The notes under the pieces are model-generated. The model saw only the letters and a program-made list of their open reading frames with translations, was not told the DNA's origin and did not search any database. From assembly GCA_963676795.2 (NCBI GenBank), contig CAXXTB010000002.1, positions 864,001 to 928,000 of the forward strand: a DNA stretch of 64,000 nucleotides, given 5' to 3'. Position numbers and translations under genes: made by a program. Origin of the DNA: Geopsychrobacteraceae bacterium (GTDB lineage Bacteria > Desulfobacterota > Desulfuromonadia > Desulfuromonadales > Geopsychrobacteraceae). Shown piece by piece: positions 10,079 through 20,210 of the stretch; position 1 is the stretch's first letter, and the number at the start of each line of letters is the position of its first letter.

Positions 10079-10645
10079 TTAACTTAAAAAGGTATGTTCG
10101 ATGAGGATTTTAACGCCGATTGCGATGAGCAGTAAACCGCCCAGGAGTTCAACCCGCTGTCCCCAGACCGCTCCCAGCCGGCGTCCGAGCAACATGCCGC
10201 AGACGGTCAGGATCGCTGCTGTTATACCGATGACCAGGGCCGGTGTCCAGATCGAAATGCCGAGCAGGGAAATGCTCAGTCCTACGGCCAGGGCGTCGAT
10301 GCTGGTTGCCACTGAGAGCAGGACCAGTGACATCCCTCTGGTCGGATCGCCAGACTCATTGTCCTGCTTGTCGTGATCGAAGGCTTCTCTGATCATTTTG
10401 ACGCCGACAAAGCCGAGCAGGATAAATGCCAGCCAGTGATCGTAGGCTTCAATATAGATGCGCAGTTTAAGTCCGGCCAGCCAGCCGAGGATCGGCATCA
10501 GCCCCTGGAACAGGCCGAAGTGAAAACCGAAGCGGAAGAGGTGACGGCTGGTCAGTCTGGGCAGGCCGAGCCCGGTGGCAAGGGAAACCGCGAAGGCGTC
10601 CATCGCCAAAGCGACCGCTACGGCGATTAAAGAGAGTGGATCCAT
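10079..10645 (-). CDS. mntP: Manganese efflux pump MntP family
   Basis: ALAMDAFAVS and ATSIDALAVG repeats; six hydrophobic helices. Confidence 0.9.
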   Translation of the reverse strand: MDPLSLIAVAVALAMDAFAVSLATGLGLPRLTSRHLFRFGFHFGLFQGLMPILGWLAGLKLRIYIEAYDHWLAFILLGFVGVKMIREAFDHDKQDNESGDPTRGMSLVLLSVATSIDALAVGLSISLLGISIWTPALVIGITAAILTVCGMLLGRRLGAVWGQRVELLGGLLLIAIGVKILIEHTFLS

Positions 10646-10739
10646 CCGTTCTTTCTTTGCGTTCCGTCAGACAGTGATATGCCTGGCAGTCAGGCTGTTG
10701 AAAAAGCGAAACCTCTTTAACAGAGGCTTCGCGACAGCT

Positions 10740-11240
10740 TTATTCTACGATTGTGGCCTTGACGATGATGACCGGATCCTTCGGAACATCCTGGTGCATC
10801 CCCTGGTTGCCGGTTTTGACCTTGGCGATCTCATCAACGACATCCATCCCATCGGTGACCTGGCCGAAAACAGCGTAACCGTAGGCATTAGGAGAGGTTC
10901 CCTGGTGGTTGAGGAAATCGTTGTCAACCAGGTTGATGAAGAACTGACAGGTCGCGCTGTCAACAACCTGGGTTCTGGCCATGGCGATGCTGCCGCGCAC
11001 GTTTTTCAGACCGTTGGTCGCTTCATTCTTGATCTCGCCCTTGGTCTTTTTCTGGGCCATCTGGGCAGTAAAACCGCCGCCCTGGATCATGAAGCCGGGG
11101 ATGACGCGGTGGAAAATGGTCATGTTATAGAAGTCATCGCGGACGTAAGACAGAAAGTTTTCAGCGCTGATCGGTGCGTTTTCCGTGTCGAGAGCGATGA
11201 CGATGTCACCTTTGTTGGTTTCAAGTTTTACACTGCTCAT
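10740..11240 (-). CDS. Cyclophilin-type peptidyl-prolyl cis-trans isomerase
   Basis: [32 protein letters not shown] motifs. Confidence 0.95.
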   Translation of the reverse strand: MSSVKLETNKGDIVIALDTENAPISAENFLSYVRDDFYNMTIFHRVIPGFMIQGGGFTAQMAQKKTKGEIKNEATNGLKNVRGSIAMARTQVVDSATCQFFINLVDNDFLNHQGTSPNAYGYAVFGQVTDGMDVVDEIAKVKTGNQGMHQDVPKDPVIIVKATIVE

Positions 11241-11322
11241 GCTTATCTCCTATGAGGCATTTCTTATTGGAAACGGTCGGGCAATTCGAAGGGGCTATAA
11301 TGCCCTGACAGATAAGGAGATT

Positions 11323-13512
11323 TCAAGCCTGTTTTTGCGCGGGGACCTGGCCCTGTTCAAGCATCGTGGTAAATTCAGCGTTGGCAACCGGTGGACTGAA
11401 GTAAAAGCCCTGGTAGAGTTCACAGCCTTTTTCTTCGAGAAATTCGAGCTCGTAGCTGGTTTCAACCCCTTCGGCGATAACTTGCAGGTCGAGGTGACGG
11501 GCCATTGAAATGATGGTATCGACGATGGCAGCGTCGTTGGCGTCGTGTTCAATATCACGCACGAAGGACTGGTCTATTTTCAGGATGTCGAGCGGCATTT
11601 TTTTCAGATAGGCGAGTGAGGAATAGCCGGTGCCAAAGTCATCGATCGACAGCTCGATACCGAGTTTTTTGAGCCCTTCCATTTTCTTGATGGTATCGAC
11701 AATGTTGTCGATGACCATCCCTTCGGTCAATTCCAGACCGAGGCTGTAGGGATCGGCACCTGTTTCGCTGAGGATCTGCTGAACATGTTGGATAAAGTTC
11801 GGCTGGCGGAACTGGCGAGGGCTGACGTTGACCGCCAGATGACTGACATGCAGTCCCAGATCGGCCCAGTCGCGCAGATGAAAGCAGGCATTGCGCAAGA
11901 CCCATTCGCCGATCGGCAGGATCAGCCCGGTCGCTTCCGCGATCGGGATAAAAATTCCCGGCGAGATGAAGCCTTTTTCCGGATGTTTCCAGCGCACCAG
12001 GGTTTCCGCGCCGATGATCTCGCCCCTGCTGTTGACCTGGGGCTGGAAATAAAGCAGCAGCTCGTCGCGTTCAAGCGCGTGGCGTAACTCTTTTTCGATG
12101 GCCAGCCTGGTGTCTGCTGCGGCCTGCATATCGGGCAGGAAGAAGCGGATCGTATCCCGACCGTCATCTTTGGCCCGGTACATGGCGGTATCGGCAAAGC
12201 GGAGCAGATCATTGCCCGTCTCGTTGTCATCATTATTGTTCGGGAAAATGGCGACTCCGATACTCGGTGTTATGTGCAGCTCGTGGCCGGCGATCTGATA
12301 ACGGGTGCCGAGGCACTCGCGGATCGCCTCCGCCTTATGCTGTGCAGCTATGGAGGCCTGTTCCTTGTCATCGCCCAGGTCGGAGAGGAGCATGACAAAT
12401 TCATCACCGCCCAGACGGGATACCGTGTCTTCCTGGCGCAGATCGCGGATCAGGCGTTGCGAAACTTCTTTGAGCAGAGCATCACCGACTGGGTGACCGA
12501 GGGAGTCGTTGATATTTTTGAAGCGGTCGAGATCCAGATAGAGCATCGCGCCATAGCGGTTGTAGCGTCGCGCTCGCGACAGGTTCTGGTCGAGCCGGTC
12601 AAGCAGCAGGCGCCGGTTCGGCAGCTCGGTCAGGGCATCAAAATAGGCCAGATATTCGATTCTTTCCTCGGCCAGCTTGCGCTCGGTGATATTGCGCACG
12701 GTGGCGCAGACCTTGGGACTGCTGCCGGTTTGGAAACTGGCATTGATGGAGCAGGGGATCTGGCCGTTCTGTGGTGTCCGTAAGGACAGCTCATAGTCGC
12801 TGACATGATCTTCGTTCTGGAGCAGCTCGAGCAGCATGCGGCAGTCCTCATCTTCAGCAAAAAAGTTGGTAAACTTTTGCCCGATCAGGTCTTCACGGCG
12901 GTAGTCGGAAAAATGGGAGATTGACGGACTGACCTCAAGCAGCGTGCCGTCCATTTCCATTTCCAGGTAGACGTCCTGCAGGTTTTCAAAGATGGAACGG
13001 TATTTTTCCTCGCTGTTTTTCAGCTTCAGGTGAGAGCTGTTGAGCTCCTTGATCGCTTTCTGAAGGGCTTCCGTTCTTTTGGTGACTTCAACTTCAAGAT
13101 GCTCCTGGTAGGCCTGGTTTTCGGCGAGCAGACGCGAGCGTTCCAGGGCCTGGTTAATGGCATGAATCAGCACCGACATGTCCTGAATCGGTTTCAGCAG
13201 GTAATTCCAGGCCCCTTTGCGTATCGCTTCAATGGCATCACCGATGATCCCTGTGCCGGAAACAACGATCAGGGGTGTCTCGGGTGATTCCTTTTGAATC
13301 GCTTCCAGGACATCAAGACCATCGACACCGGGCATGCGCAGGTCGCAAAGGACAAGGTCCGGATGCTGTTGGCGGAAAATTTCCATCCCTTCAGCGCCGT
13401 TACCCGCCTCGATGACATCGAAATCGTAGTCCTCCAGAAACAGCTTGAAGCTTTCCCGTATTGACTCCTCATCATCAATTGTCAGAATGACCGGATTTTT
13501 GCGACGATTCAT
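11323..13512 (-). CDS. Response regulator REC-PAS-GGDEF-EAL c-di-GMP protein
   Basis: IDDEE/DLRMP receiver; PAS; RLGGDEF; ETLVRW, DDFGTGYSSL, IAEGVE. Confidence 0.92.
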   Translation of the reverse strand: MNRRKNPVILTIDDEESIRESFKLFLEDYDFDVIEAGNGAEGMEIFRQQHPDLVLCDLRMPGVDGLDVLEAIQKESPETPLIVVSGTGIIGDAIEAIRKGAWNYLLKPIQDMSVLIHAINQALERSRLLAENQAYQEHLEVEVTKRTEALQKAIKELNSSHLKLKNSEEKYRSIFENLQDVYLEMEMDGTLLEVSPSISHFSDYRREDLIGQKFTNFFAEDEDCRMLLELLQNEDHVSDYELSLRTPQNGQIPCSINASFQTGSSPKVCATVRNITERKLAEERIEYLAYFDALTELPNRRLLLDRLDQNLSRARRYNRYGAMLYLDLDRFKNINDSLGHPVGDALLKEVSQRLIRDLRQEDTVSRLGGDEFVMLLSDLGDDKEQASIAAQHKAEAIRECLGTRYQIAGHELHITPSIGVAIFPNNNDDNETGNDLLRFADTAMYRAKDDGRDTIRFFLPDMQAAADTRLAIEKELRHALERDELLLYFQPQVNSRGEIIGAETLVRWKHPEKGFISPGIFIPIAEATGLILPIGEWVLRNACFHLRDWADLGLHVSHLAVNVSPRQFRQPNFIQHVQQILSETGADPYSLGLELTEGMVIDNIVDTIKKMEGLKKLGIELSIDDFGTGYSSLAYLKKMPLDILKIDQSFVRDIEHDANDAAIVDTIISMARHLDLQVIAEGVETSYELEFLEEKGCELYQGFYFSPPVANAEFTTMLEQGQVPAQKQA

Positions 13513-13776
13513 TGACTCCAGGATCCCATAGGTTTTTAGAATTGTTGTTGAGATTATAGCGTAGATCTATGTTAGCTCACCAATTATGGCTTGTCGAATG
13601 TGATTAGTCAAATTTAATTGTTGCTGAACTCAGAATAAGTGAAAGATTTCAACAGGCTTTGGCTATGGATCGATGTAAAGACAGCTTCGGCTGAGGGTCT
13701 GGCACCTTTCGTGCTGTGACGCGTAGAGCAGGGCAGGCGCACGGGGCTTTACACCGTTTTTCTCCTTCAGGCGTAA

Positions 13777-15015
13777 CTACTGAACCATCGCCCTGATTGT
13801 TTTCTCTGTCTCGGCCTTGAGGATTTCAGTCGCTTCGTCGTTCAGATAGAATCTGGTGGCGTATTCCGCGTCCAGGTGGCGCTTGCTCCTTTCTGCGGAG
13901 CAGTCATAGTTGAACTGATAGCAGAGCAGATTGGCGACATGGACGGCAATAACGATGTCCTTGTCCGTCGGTGTCGACTGTGGCGCATGGTGCCAGTGGT
14001 TGGTATTGACGATAAATGAGGGGAGCGCCCACCATTCGGTCAGAAAAGCACCGATCTGCGCATGAGTCGCTTTGTAGGTTGCCAGTTCTGCATCGCAGAG
14101 ACTGATACCGTTGGTCAGGCCTTTGCCGATGGCCAGCTCGAATTGTTTGCTCAGGTAGTAGCCGAGAACCAGCTTGCCACAATCGTGGAGCAGGCCGGCA
14201 ACAAAAGCGCGGTCCTGCATCTCGCTGTCATTTGGCCAGAGCGACTTGATCAGCAGGCGGGAGATGACAGCCGCCGCCATTGAGTGTTTTTTGAACTTGT
14301 TCAGGTCGAACCCGTTGATGGTGGGGAGCTTCTGGGTTATGGCCCGGTTGATTGTTTCAGACAGGACCAGGTTTTCAACGATTCTGGTGCCCAGGACGAT
14401 GATGGCGCGTTTGACCGTATCGACCTGAAAACGCTGCCCGAACAGGGCTGAATTCGCCCAGCGTAACAGGGTTGCCGACATGGCGACATCCTGGCTGATG
14501 AACCCGGCCATCTTTTCAATGTCAACCTCGTCTCCTGTTATGCAGGCCCGTACATTCGCGTAGCTTTCCGGGATGGCCGGAAGCAGCGGCAGGGTGTTGA
14601 TCAGGCGCTGAAAGTCTGCGCCGTACTTTTTCTGCTGGTTCCTTTGGCGCAGAGCACTGTGGATGATTTCCTTCAGCTCCTGATCGATCCAGGGTTTCGG
14701 AATGATCTGCTGAGTGATTCCCCTGGCCAGAGCTGCGATCGTTTTCGGTTCTTCGGCATAGGCGGTCAGAAACAGACGGATACAGTCAGGGTAGCGGTCA
14801 CTGACGTAGGAGAGCAGCTGGATACCGTCGCCGTTATCCATGACGACATCGGCGAGCACGAGGTCGATCTTCTGTTCGTCAAGAATCGTTTTTGCCTGGG
14901 CCATGTTCGAGGCGAAATGGCAGGTCCAGTCTTCATCCTGGCAGAGTTGCATCAGCATCTCCAGGATGCCGGTTTCATCATCAACAAAAAGGATGTGGCT
15001 TGCGTTGTCGTTCAT
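13777..15015 (-). CDS. REC-HDOD domain response regulator
   Basis: FVDDE/ADVVM receiver; LLRWANSA, AGLLHDCGK, HAQIGA, HH motifs of HDOD. Confidence 0.88.
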   Translation of the reverse strand: MNDNASHILFVDDETGILEMLMQLCQDEDWTCHFASNMAQAKTILDEQKIDLVLADVVMDNGDGIQLLSYVSDRYPDCIRLFLTAYAEEPKTIAALARGITQQIIPKPWIDQELKEIIHSALRQRNQQKKYGADFQRLINTLPLLPAIPESYANVRACITGDEVDIEKMAGFISQDVAMSATLLRWANSALFGQRFQVDTVKRAIIVLGTRIVENLVLSETINRAITQKLPTINGFDLNKFKKHSMAAAVISRLLIKSLWPNDSEMQDRAFVAGLLHDCGKLVLGYYLSKQFELAIGKGLTNGISLCDAELATYKATHAQIGAFLTEWWALPSFIVNTNHWHHAPQSTPTDKDIVIAVHVANLLCYQFNYDCSAERSKRHLDAEYATRFYLNDEATEILKAETEKTIRAMVQ

Positions 15016-15125
15016 AAGGTTTTTGCGCCTTTTAATTCATTTCAAAAATAAGTGCAGCAATCTGCTTCACCCGGGGCGTGCCGGGCTGCGGATAGCTCAT
15101 TTCTTTCCAGTTTAGCGAACTATTG

Positions 15126-15806
15126 CTACATGCGTGAGTAACCGCGAGTTTTTTTGCGAGAAATCTTGCCGATCAACCAGCCACCAAAGAAGACGGCCGC
15201 CCCGGCGAGGAACCACTGAATCATGTTCGAGCGGTGAAAATCCTGATTTTCAGCCCGCAGAACTTCAAGCTCCCGGGTTATCTGTTCGTTGCTGGCGATC
15301 AGTTGTTCATTCTGTTCTGTCACTTCCAGGACGTGCTCCGAGCGCTGAGTCAGATCGTCCAGGGCCTGCTTTGTCGTCTCCAGCTGTTGGCGGGTGTCGC
15401 TCAGTTCCGTGGTCAGGCTGGCGACCTGGGCCTTGTATTCACCGGTCGTTCCCAGATCCTGCTGATAGAACGCTTTCTGTTTGTCCAGATCCTGCTGCAG
15501 TGCAGCGACCTGATTCTCCAGGCGTTTGATAAGCGTCGATTTCGGGGTGTCTTTGGTCAGATACTGTTTCAGGATAAAGCCGACCGTTCCCTTGGGCGTT
15601 TTGCCGCGGACGAAGGTTTTATCCTGGTCCAGAACCTCAATCGGAGTGTCGGTCTGGACAGTTTCCAGGACGTTGTAGTTGTTTGACCTGGAATCCCGGA
15701 CGGTGATGACCAGGGTGTCGGAAACGTAGAGAGTTTCTGCGCCTGCCACACTGGCCAGGATCAGGATCATTGTCGCGGCGGACAGTAAACGGGCTGGGAA
15801 AGCCAT
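15126..15806 (-). CDS. SH3-domain coiled-coil membrane protein (TIGR04211/YgiM-like)
   Basis: Signal peptide, AETLYVSD SH3_3 start, coiled coil, C-terminal WFLAGAAV TM plus basic tail. Confidence 0.85.
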   Translation of the reverse strand: MAFPARLLSAATMILILASVAGAETLYVSDTLVITVRDSRSNNYNVLETVQTDTPIEVLDQDKTFVRGKTPKGTVGFILKQYLTKDTPKSTLIKRLENQVAALQQDLDKQKAFYQQDLGTTGEYKAQVASLTTELSDTRQQLETTKQALDDLTQRSEHVLEVTEQNEQLIASNEQITRELEVLRAENQDFHRSNMIQWFLAGAAVFFGGWLIGKISRKKTRGYSRM

Positions 15807-16058
15807 CAGTCAACCTCTTTTCATCTTGTTCATTTGAGTAACATCGCATATCAGTTGCCGATACTACTCGGAGAATGTTCCTAATTCAAGTTTGATTCGG
15901 GAACATGGCCAGTTTTATTGAAATAATTCCATTTCCTTTGTTCGATATTGAATGTTTTTTCCGATCTGTTCGGGGATTATTTTTCCACTGGGCAGACAGG
16001 TCCGCGGGAACGAGGTATAGTGTCATATCCTTGTATTTACTTCGTATGGAGGCCGTAA

Positions 16059-16565
16059 ATGTTCAGATCTTTTATCTTTTTAGCATTGTTTCTGGTTATT
16101 TTGAGTGGTTGCAGTGGAAGCATGACAAAAATTTCTGAAGCGGACAGGCTGGTCAGGATGGATCGACAGGTCGCTGGTCTGACTCAGGAGCAGATTTTCT
16201 TCGGAACGCTGGAATGGATGGAAAAGAATTTCACCCAGAGCAAGAATCCTGTCAGTATTTTTGATCTTGATGGGGGACGGATTGTCGGTTCCGGGCAGAT
16301 CGATTACCCCTGCAGGCTGCTTGGCTGTATCAATAAAAAGGGCTGGAAGGTTGTCTTCGACATGCAGGTTGACGCCGGTCGGGAACGGCTGCAGACAACC
16401 TTCCGGCGCATCGCTTTGACGTCGCCTCCTTCAGGACAGCGGGAGGATTCGCAGACCGGGATGCGTTCCCCGGTCTGGTCGAAAGCAGACATGGACTCGA
16501 TCCGCCCCTTACTGGAACAGCTGAATAACGATCTGCTCCGGAGTTTGCTGCAGGTCCGTAACTAG
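16059..16565 (+). CDS. Hypothetical lipoprotein (DUF4468-like)
   Basis: GGAGG RBS; LSGC lipobox; 'EQIF...EWMEKNF...DLDGGRIVGSG' pattern. Confidence 0.65.
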   Translation: MFRSFIFLALFLVILSGCSGSMTKISEADRLVRMDRQVAGLTQEQIFFGTLEWMEKNFTQSKNPVSIFDLDGGRIVGSGQIDYPCRLLGCINKKGWKVVFDMQVDAGRERLQTTFRRIALTSPPSGQREDSQTGMRSPVWSKADMDSIRPLLEQLNNDLLRSLLQVRN

Positions 16566-16662
16566 AAATCGTCTTCAGTGCTGGAAAAGGCTGCGATTTT
16601 TAAAAGGAATGTGGTAGTATTCGCGCCGTTTTTGAAAACTATTCAGCTTTGGAGATTTCTAC

Positions 16663-17670
16663 ATGAAACGAGATTTAGCTCTGGCCTTTTCACGGGTGAC
16701 AGAGGGGGCTGCCCTCGCGGGTTATAAGTGGCTTGGCCGCGGCGACAAGAATGCTGCAGACGGTGCGGCTGTCGAGGTGATGCGCTGCCTGCTCAATAAA
16801 ACTGAAATCAGCGGTGAAATCGTCATCGGCGAGGGGGAGATCGATGAAGCACCGATGCTCTATATCGGTGAGAAGGTCGGTCTCGGTGGCGATGAGGTCG
16901 ATATCGCAGTCGATCCGATCGAAGGAACGCGCATGACCGCTATGGGACAGTCGAATGCACTGTCGGTGCTGGCGGCAGGCGAGAAGGGGAGTTTTCTCAA
17001 AGCTCCCGATATGTATATGGAGAAACTGGTTGTCGGTCCGGGTGCCAAAGGGGTCCTCGATCTTGACAGGCCACTGGCCGAGAATCTGAAGAATATTGCG
17101 GTGGCCCTGAATAAATCCCTTCAGGAGCTGGTCGTCATCACCCTGGCCAAACCGCGCCATGACAAGATGATCACCGACATGCAGCAGATGGGGATCAAGG
17201 TCTTTGCCATGCCGGACGGGGATGTTGCCGCTTCGATCCTGACCTGTATGCCGGACAGTGAAGTCGATGTCATGTACTGTATCGGCGGCGCGCCCGAGGG
17301 GGTGGTTTCTGCTGCGGTGATTCGCGCTCTGGGTGGTGACATGCAGGGGCGCCTGTTGCCGCGCCACGAGGTCAAAGGGGACAGCGCTGAGAATCGTGCC
17401 CACGGTGAACTGGAACTGAAGCGTTGCGCCGAAATGGGGGTCGAGGCCGGTAAGGTGTTGAAGATGGAGGACATGGCCTGCAGTGACAACGTGGTTTTCT
17501 CGGCAACCGGGATTACCAAGGGGGACCTGCTCGAAGGGGTGACCCGCAAAGGCAATATCGCTACCACAGAGACCCTGGTCATCCGCGGCAAGAGCCGCAC
17601 CATCCGTCGTATCAAGTCGATTCACTATCTGGAACGCAAGGATCCGGAAGTCTGCGAGATCATCCTCTAA
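16663..17670 (+). CDS. glpX: Class II fructose-1,6-bisphosphatase
   Basis: GRGDKNAAD, IGEGEIDEAPMLYIGE, DPIEGT, PDGDV, GGAPEGV, ATGITKGD. Confidence 0.97.
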   Translation: MKRDLALAFSRVTEGAALAGYKWLGRGDKNAADGAAVEVMRCLLNKTEISGEIVIGEGEIDEAPMLYIGEKVGLGGDEVDIAVDPIEGTRMTAMGQSNALSVLAAGEKGSFLKAPDMYMEKLVVGPGAKGVLDLDRPLAENLKNIAVALNKSLQELVVITLAKPRHDKMITDMQQMGIKVFAMPDGDVAASILTCMPDSEVDVMYCIGGAPEGVVSAAVIRALGGDMQGRLLPRHEVKGDSAENRAHGELELKRCAEMGVEAGKVLKMEDMACSDNVVFSATGITKGDLLEGVTRKGNIATTETLVIRGKSRTIRRIKSIHYLERKDPEVCEIIL

Positions 17671-17671
17671 C

Positions 17672-17702
17672 AAAAAAGGCCGCCAGCGCGGCCTTTTCTT
17701 TA
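17672..17702 (+). terminator. Terminator after glpX
   Basis: aaaaggccgc-ca-gcgcggcctttt hairpin followed by T-rich tract. Confidence 0.7.
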
Positions 17703-17715
17703 TTTTAAAATATTA

Positions 17716-18033
17716 ATCAAAACTCCGCATTGCGGAATTTTTCCGGTTCTGCCCATTAGGTGAGCGGAGCTCACCGTGGGGCGTGTTTTCAGTTGCTGGC
17801 CCAAAACTACGAAGAAAATACTAACAATCTTCGTCAGCATTAAAAGGCTGCTTTTTGCATCCTTTTTGTCAGCCTTTACAAAAAAGATGGCGACGTACGG
17901 GGGCGCGACCCCGTGTTTTTGATCTTCTAAAACAACATCAACAAACATCAAAGTCAGAACCGGCGGGTCTCGTCCCGCCAGACGACTTCCTTTCCTTTGA
18001 TCGCAAAGGAAAGGAAGCAAAGGAAACTTTTTT
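17716..18033 (+). repeat. Structured ~320-nt intergenic repeat, copy 1
   Basis: Colinear similarity to the reverse complement of 62738-63059, with conserved hairpins. Confidence 0.85.
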
Positions 18034-18141
18034 ATAACGACCTGAGCTCCTCCTGTCTTCTCTGATCCCTCCAAGCCAGCATAACGGAACGCGCCCCAAG
18101 ATGAGCAAGCTCATCAACGGGCAGAACCGAATTACTTTATT

Positions 18142-19677
18142 TCAATTCAGATCGACAAGAATGCTTTCCGGTTTGGTCAGGCCGGACACTTTCAGACAGA
18201 TCTGCTCCTCTTCGGGGGTGAGGGGATCCGCTTTTTGCATCTGCAGGGCCAACACCTGCTCATCGGCATCGGAAAAGCGGTCCGGTGCTGTTTTTCTGGC
18301 CTGTAAACGTTGCTTCAGTTCCGCCCTGTCCGCGGGAAAATCGAGAATGGTCATCGGCGTGTTCGTTGCTGCAGCCAGGCAGCCGAAGCGTTGCCTTTCT
18401 TTCATGCTGATGAAGGTGGCGTCGATAATGACGTTGTATCCTGCTGATAGAATGCTGTCGGTCTGCTGGGCCAGGTACTCATAGACCGCTTCTCGGCTTG
18501 TGTCGGAATAGAGTTCCTCGCCGTTTATGGCCCGCTTACCAAGCTGTGCCGTAGTCCTTTTCCGCTCATGATCTGAATGGAGACAGATCGCTTTGATAAG
18601 CGGGGCCAGCTGCCGGGTGAAGGTTGTCTTGCCCGAACCGCTGAAACCGTGGGTGAGAATCAGGCGCGGGCGAGGGGGCTTCAGGTAGCTGGTGGCCAGC
18701 TCGAGATAGCTGACGAACAGCTCGTGGAGTTGGTCTCTGTCCTGTTCTTCAGGCTGCTGGCTGAGCTGTAGGGCACAGACCTTGGCCCGCACCATGGCCC
18801 GGTAGACCAGGTAGAAATTCAGCCCTTCCAGTCCGGCGAAATCCCCGGTTTCCTGCAGGTAGCTGTCGAGAAAGGTCCAGGCCAGCTGCTCTTGGCCACG
18901 GTCGTCGAGATCCATGATCAGAAAGGCGATATCATTGAAGGTGTCGATGATTCTCAATGATGGGTTGAACTCGATACAGTCAAAAAGGACCGGCTTGTTG
19001 TCGATCCAGGCCATGTTGCGCAGGTGCATATCGCCATGACACTCCCTGATCGCAGCGGAAAGCCTGCGTTTTTCAAAAAACTGCTGTAACTCCTCACCCC
19101 GTTTTCTGCTCCACTGTTCCAGAACCTCCAGACGTTCGAGCTGTTCCTTGGCGTCCGTGATCTTTCTGATCTGGCAGAAATTGTTCAGGACCGGCTGCAT
19201 GATGGCCTCGTAGCTGCCGAAACTACGCGTCGGCGGCGCCGGGGCCGAGGTGCTGTGGAATTTGGCGATTTTTTCGGCAAAGGCGGTCAACTGAGCGGAT
19301 GACAGATGCTGCTCGGCCAGCAGACGGTCAAGTTGCAGGCGCTGGTCGAAACGCTTCATTTTGACCAGATAATCGATGGCTGGCGTCTGCCCCAACAGTG
19401 GATTTTTTTTATCCCCGCCAATCGGGACGACGTCCAGATAGAGATCCGGGGCAAAGGCGCGGTTCAGGCGTAATTCTTCTCGGCAGTAAAAATGGCGCTT
19501 GTCGAGGGTCGAAAAATCGAGGAATCCGAGGTCGATCGGCTTTTTCAGTTTGTAGGCGTAGTCGCCGGCCAGAAAAATCCACGAAATGTGGGTTTCGATG
19601 AGTTCAACCCGACCCACAGGATGATCGTAGCAGGCCGGGTTAAGCAGTTGGTTTACCAATGAAGCCAGTCCTGTCAT
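18142..19677 (-). CDS. Bifunctional aminoglycoside-phosphotransferase-like / P-loop kinase (AAA_33) protein
   Basis: IETHISW, ECHGDMHLRN, FDCIEFN; C-terminal GFSGSGKT Walker A and IIDATF; start moved to ATG 19677 (GGAG RBS). Confidence 0.88.
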   Translation of the reverse strand: MTGLASLVNQLLNPACYDHPVGRVELIETHISWIFLAGDYAYKLKKPIDLGFLDFSTLDKRHFYCREELRLNRAFAPDLYLDVVPIGGDKKNPLLGQTPAIDYLVKMKRFDQRLQLDRLLAEQHLSSAQLTAFAEKIAKFHSTSAPAPPTRSFGSYEAIMQPVLNNFCQIRKITDAKEQLERLEVLEQWSRKRGEELQQFFEKRRLSAAIRECHGDMHLRNMAWIDNKPVLFDCIEFNPSLRIIDTFNDIAFLIMDLDDRGQEQLAWTFLDSYLQETGDFAGLEGLNFYLVYRAMVRAKVCALQLSQQPEEQDRDQLHELFVSYLELATSYLKPPRPRLILTHGFSGSGKTTFTRQLAPLIKAICLHSDHERKRTTAQLGKRAINGEELYSDTSREAVYEYLAQQTDSILSAGYNVIIDATFISMKERQRFGCLAAATNTPMTILDFPADRAELKQRLQARKTAPDRFSDADEQVLALQMQKADPLTPEEEQICLKVSGLTKPESILVDLN

Positions 19678-19715
19678 GGTCAGCTCCGGTAAAGCAAATG
19701 AATCGCTTTCTTTCA

Positions 19716-19743
19716 ATTGTATAAAAGAGCGTCCAGAGGTCAA
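19716..19743 (-). promoter_or_regulatory. Candidate sigma70 promoter
   Basis: TTGACC-N16-TACAAT on the minus strand upstream of the kinase gene. Confidence 0.5.
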
Positions 19744-19763
19744 GTATATGGCGGGTCAATTTT

Positions 19764-20210
19764 TTAGCCGGGGTTGTCGAGAAAATGAATCGCAGCATCG
19801 AGTGCCAGGCTTATGGCGTTTCGGGTGTCCGCGCTGAACTGCTCCCCGTGGTCGAGATTGACGGCTCTGAGGCTGAGCAGCCATGCCTGACGTGGTTGCC
19901 GGTAGAGCGTTGCGCTCATCGCCAGCAGCCAGTGCGGGCCGTACTGGTGGGTGACCGACTGCGTTTCTGCGGCCCGATCACAGAGTGGCGTGAAGAGGAA
20001 CGGGACCTGTTGATCCCGTTTGGCATCGACAAACAGAACTTTGTCGATCTCCGGGTGAGCCAGCTGTTCAACCATTTCCGGCAGCAGCTGGTGCTCACAG
20101 ATAAATTGCGCAGCAGACTCAGGGAGCCTGCTGCGCAGTTGGTTTACAAAGCCGGGACCTGCGCCGTCATCACAGCGCAGGCTGTTGCCGTAGCCGATGA
20201 TCAGCCACAT
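19764..20210 (-). CDS. hoxW: Hydrogenase maturation protease
   Basis: IIGYGNSLRCDDGAG, FVDA, TH motif; directly after hoxH. Confidence 0.85.
   Translation of the reverse strand: MWLIIGYGNSLRCDDGAGPGFVNQLRSRLPESAAQFICEHQLLPEMVEQLAHPEIDKVLFVDAKRDQQVPFLFTPLCDRAAETQSVTHQYGPHWLLAMSATLYRQPRQAWLLSLRAVNLDHGEQFSADTRNAISLALDAAIHFLDNPG

Noticed and set aside
10646..10739. Possible yybP-ykoY Mn riboswitch upstream of mntP
   Set aside because: The spacer is short and I could not find the conserved motif; only a weak hairpin is present
13701..13717. Sigma54-like TGGCAC-N5-GTGC on the + strand
   Set aside because: Points into the 3' end of a minus-strand gene with no downstream + gene; probably chance
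17700..18074. Small ORFs over the structured repeat (also 62736-63148)
   Set aside because: Frames are not conserved between copies while base pairing is; treated as non-coding
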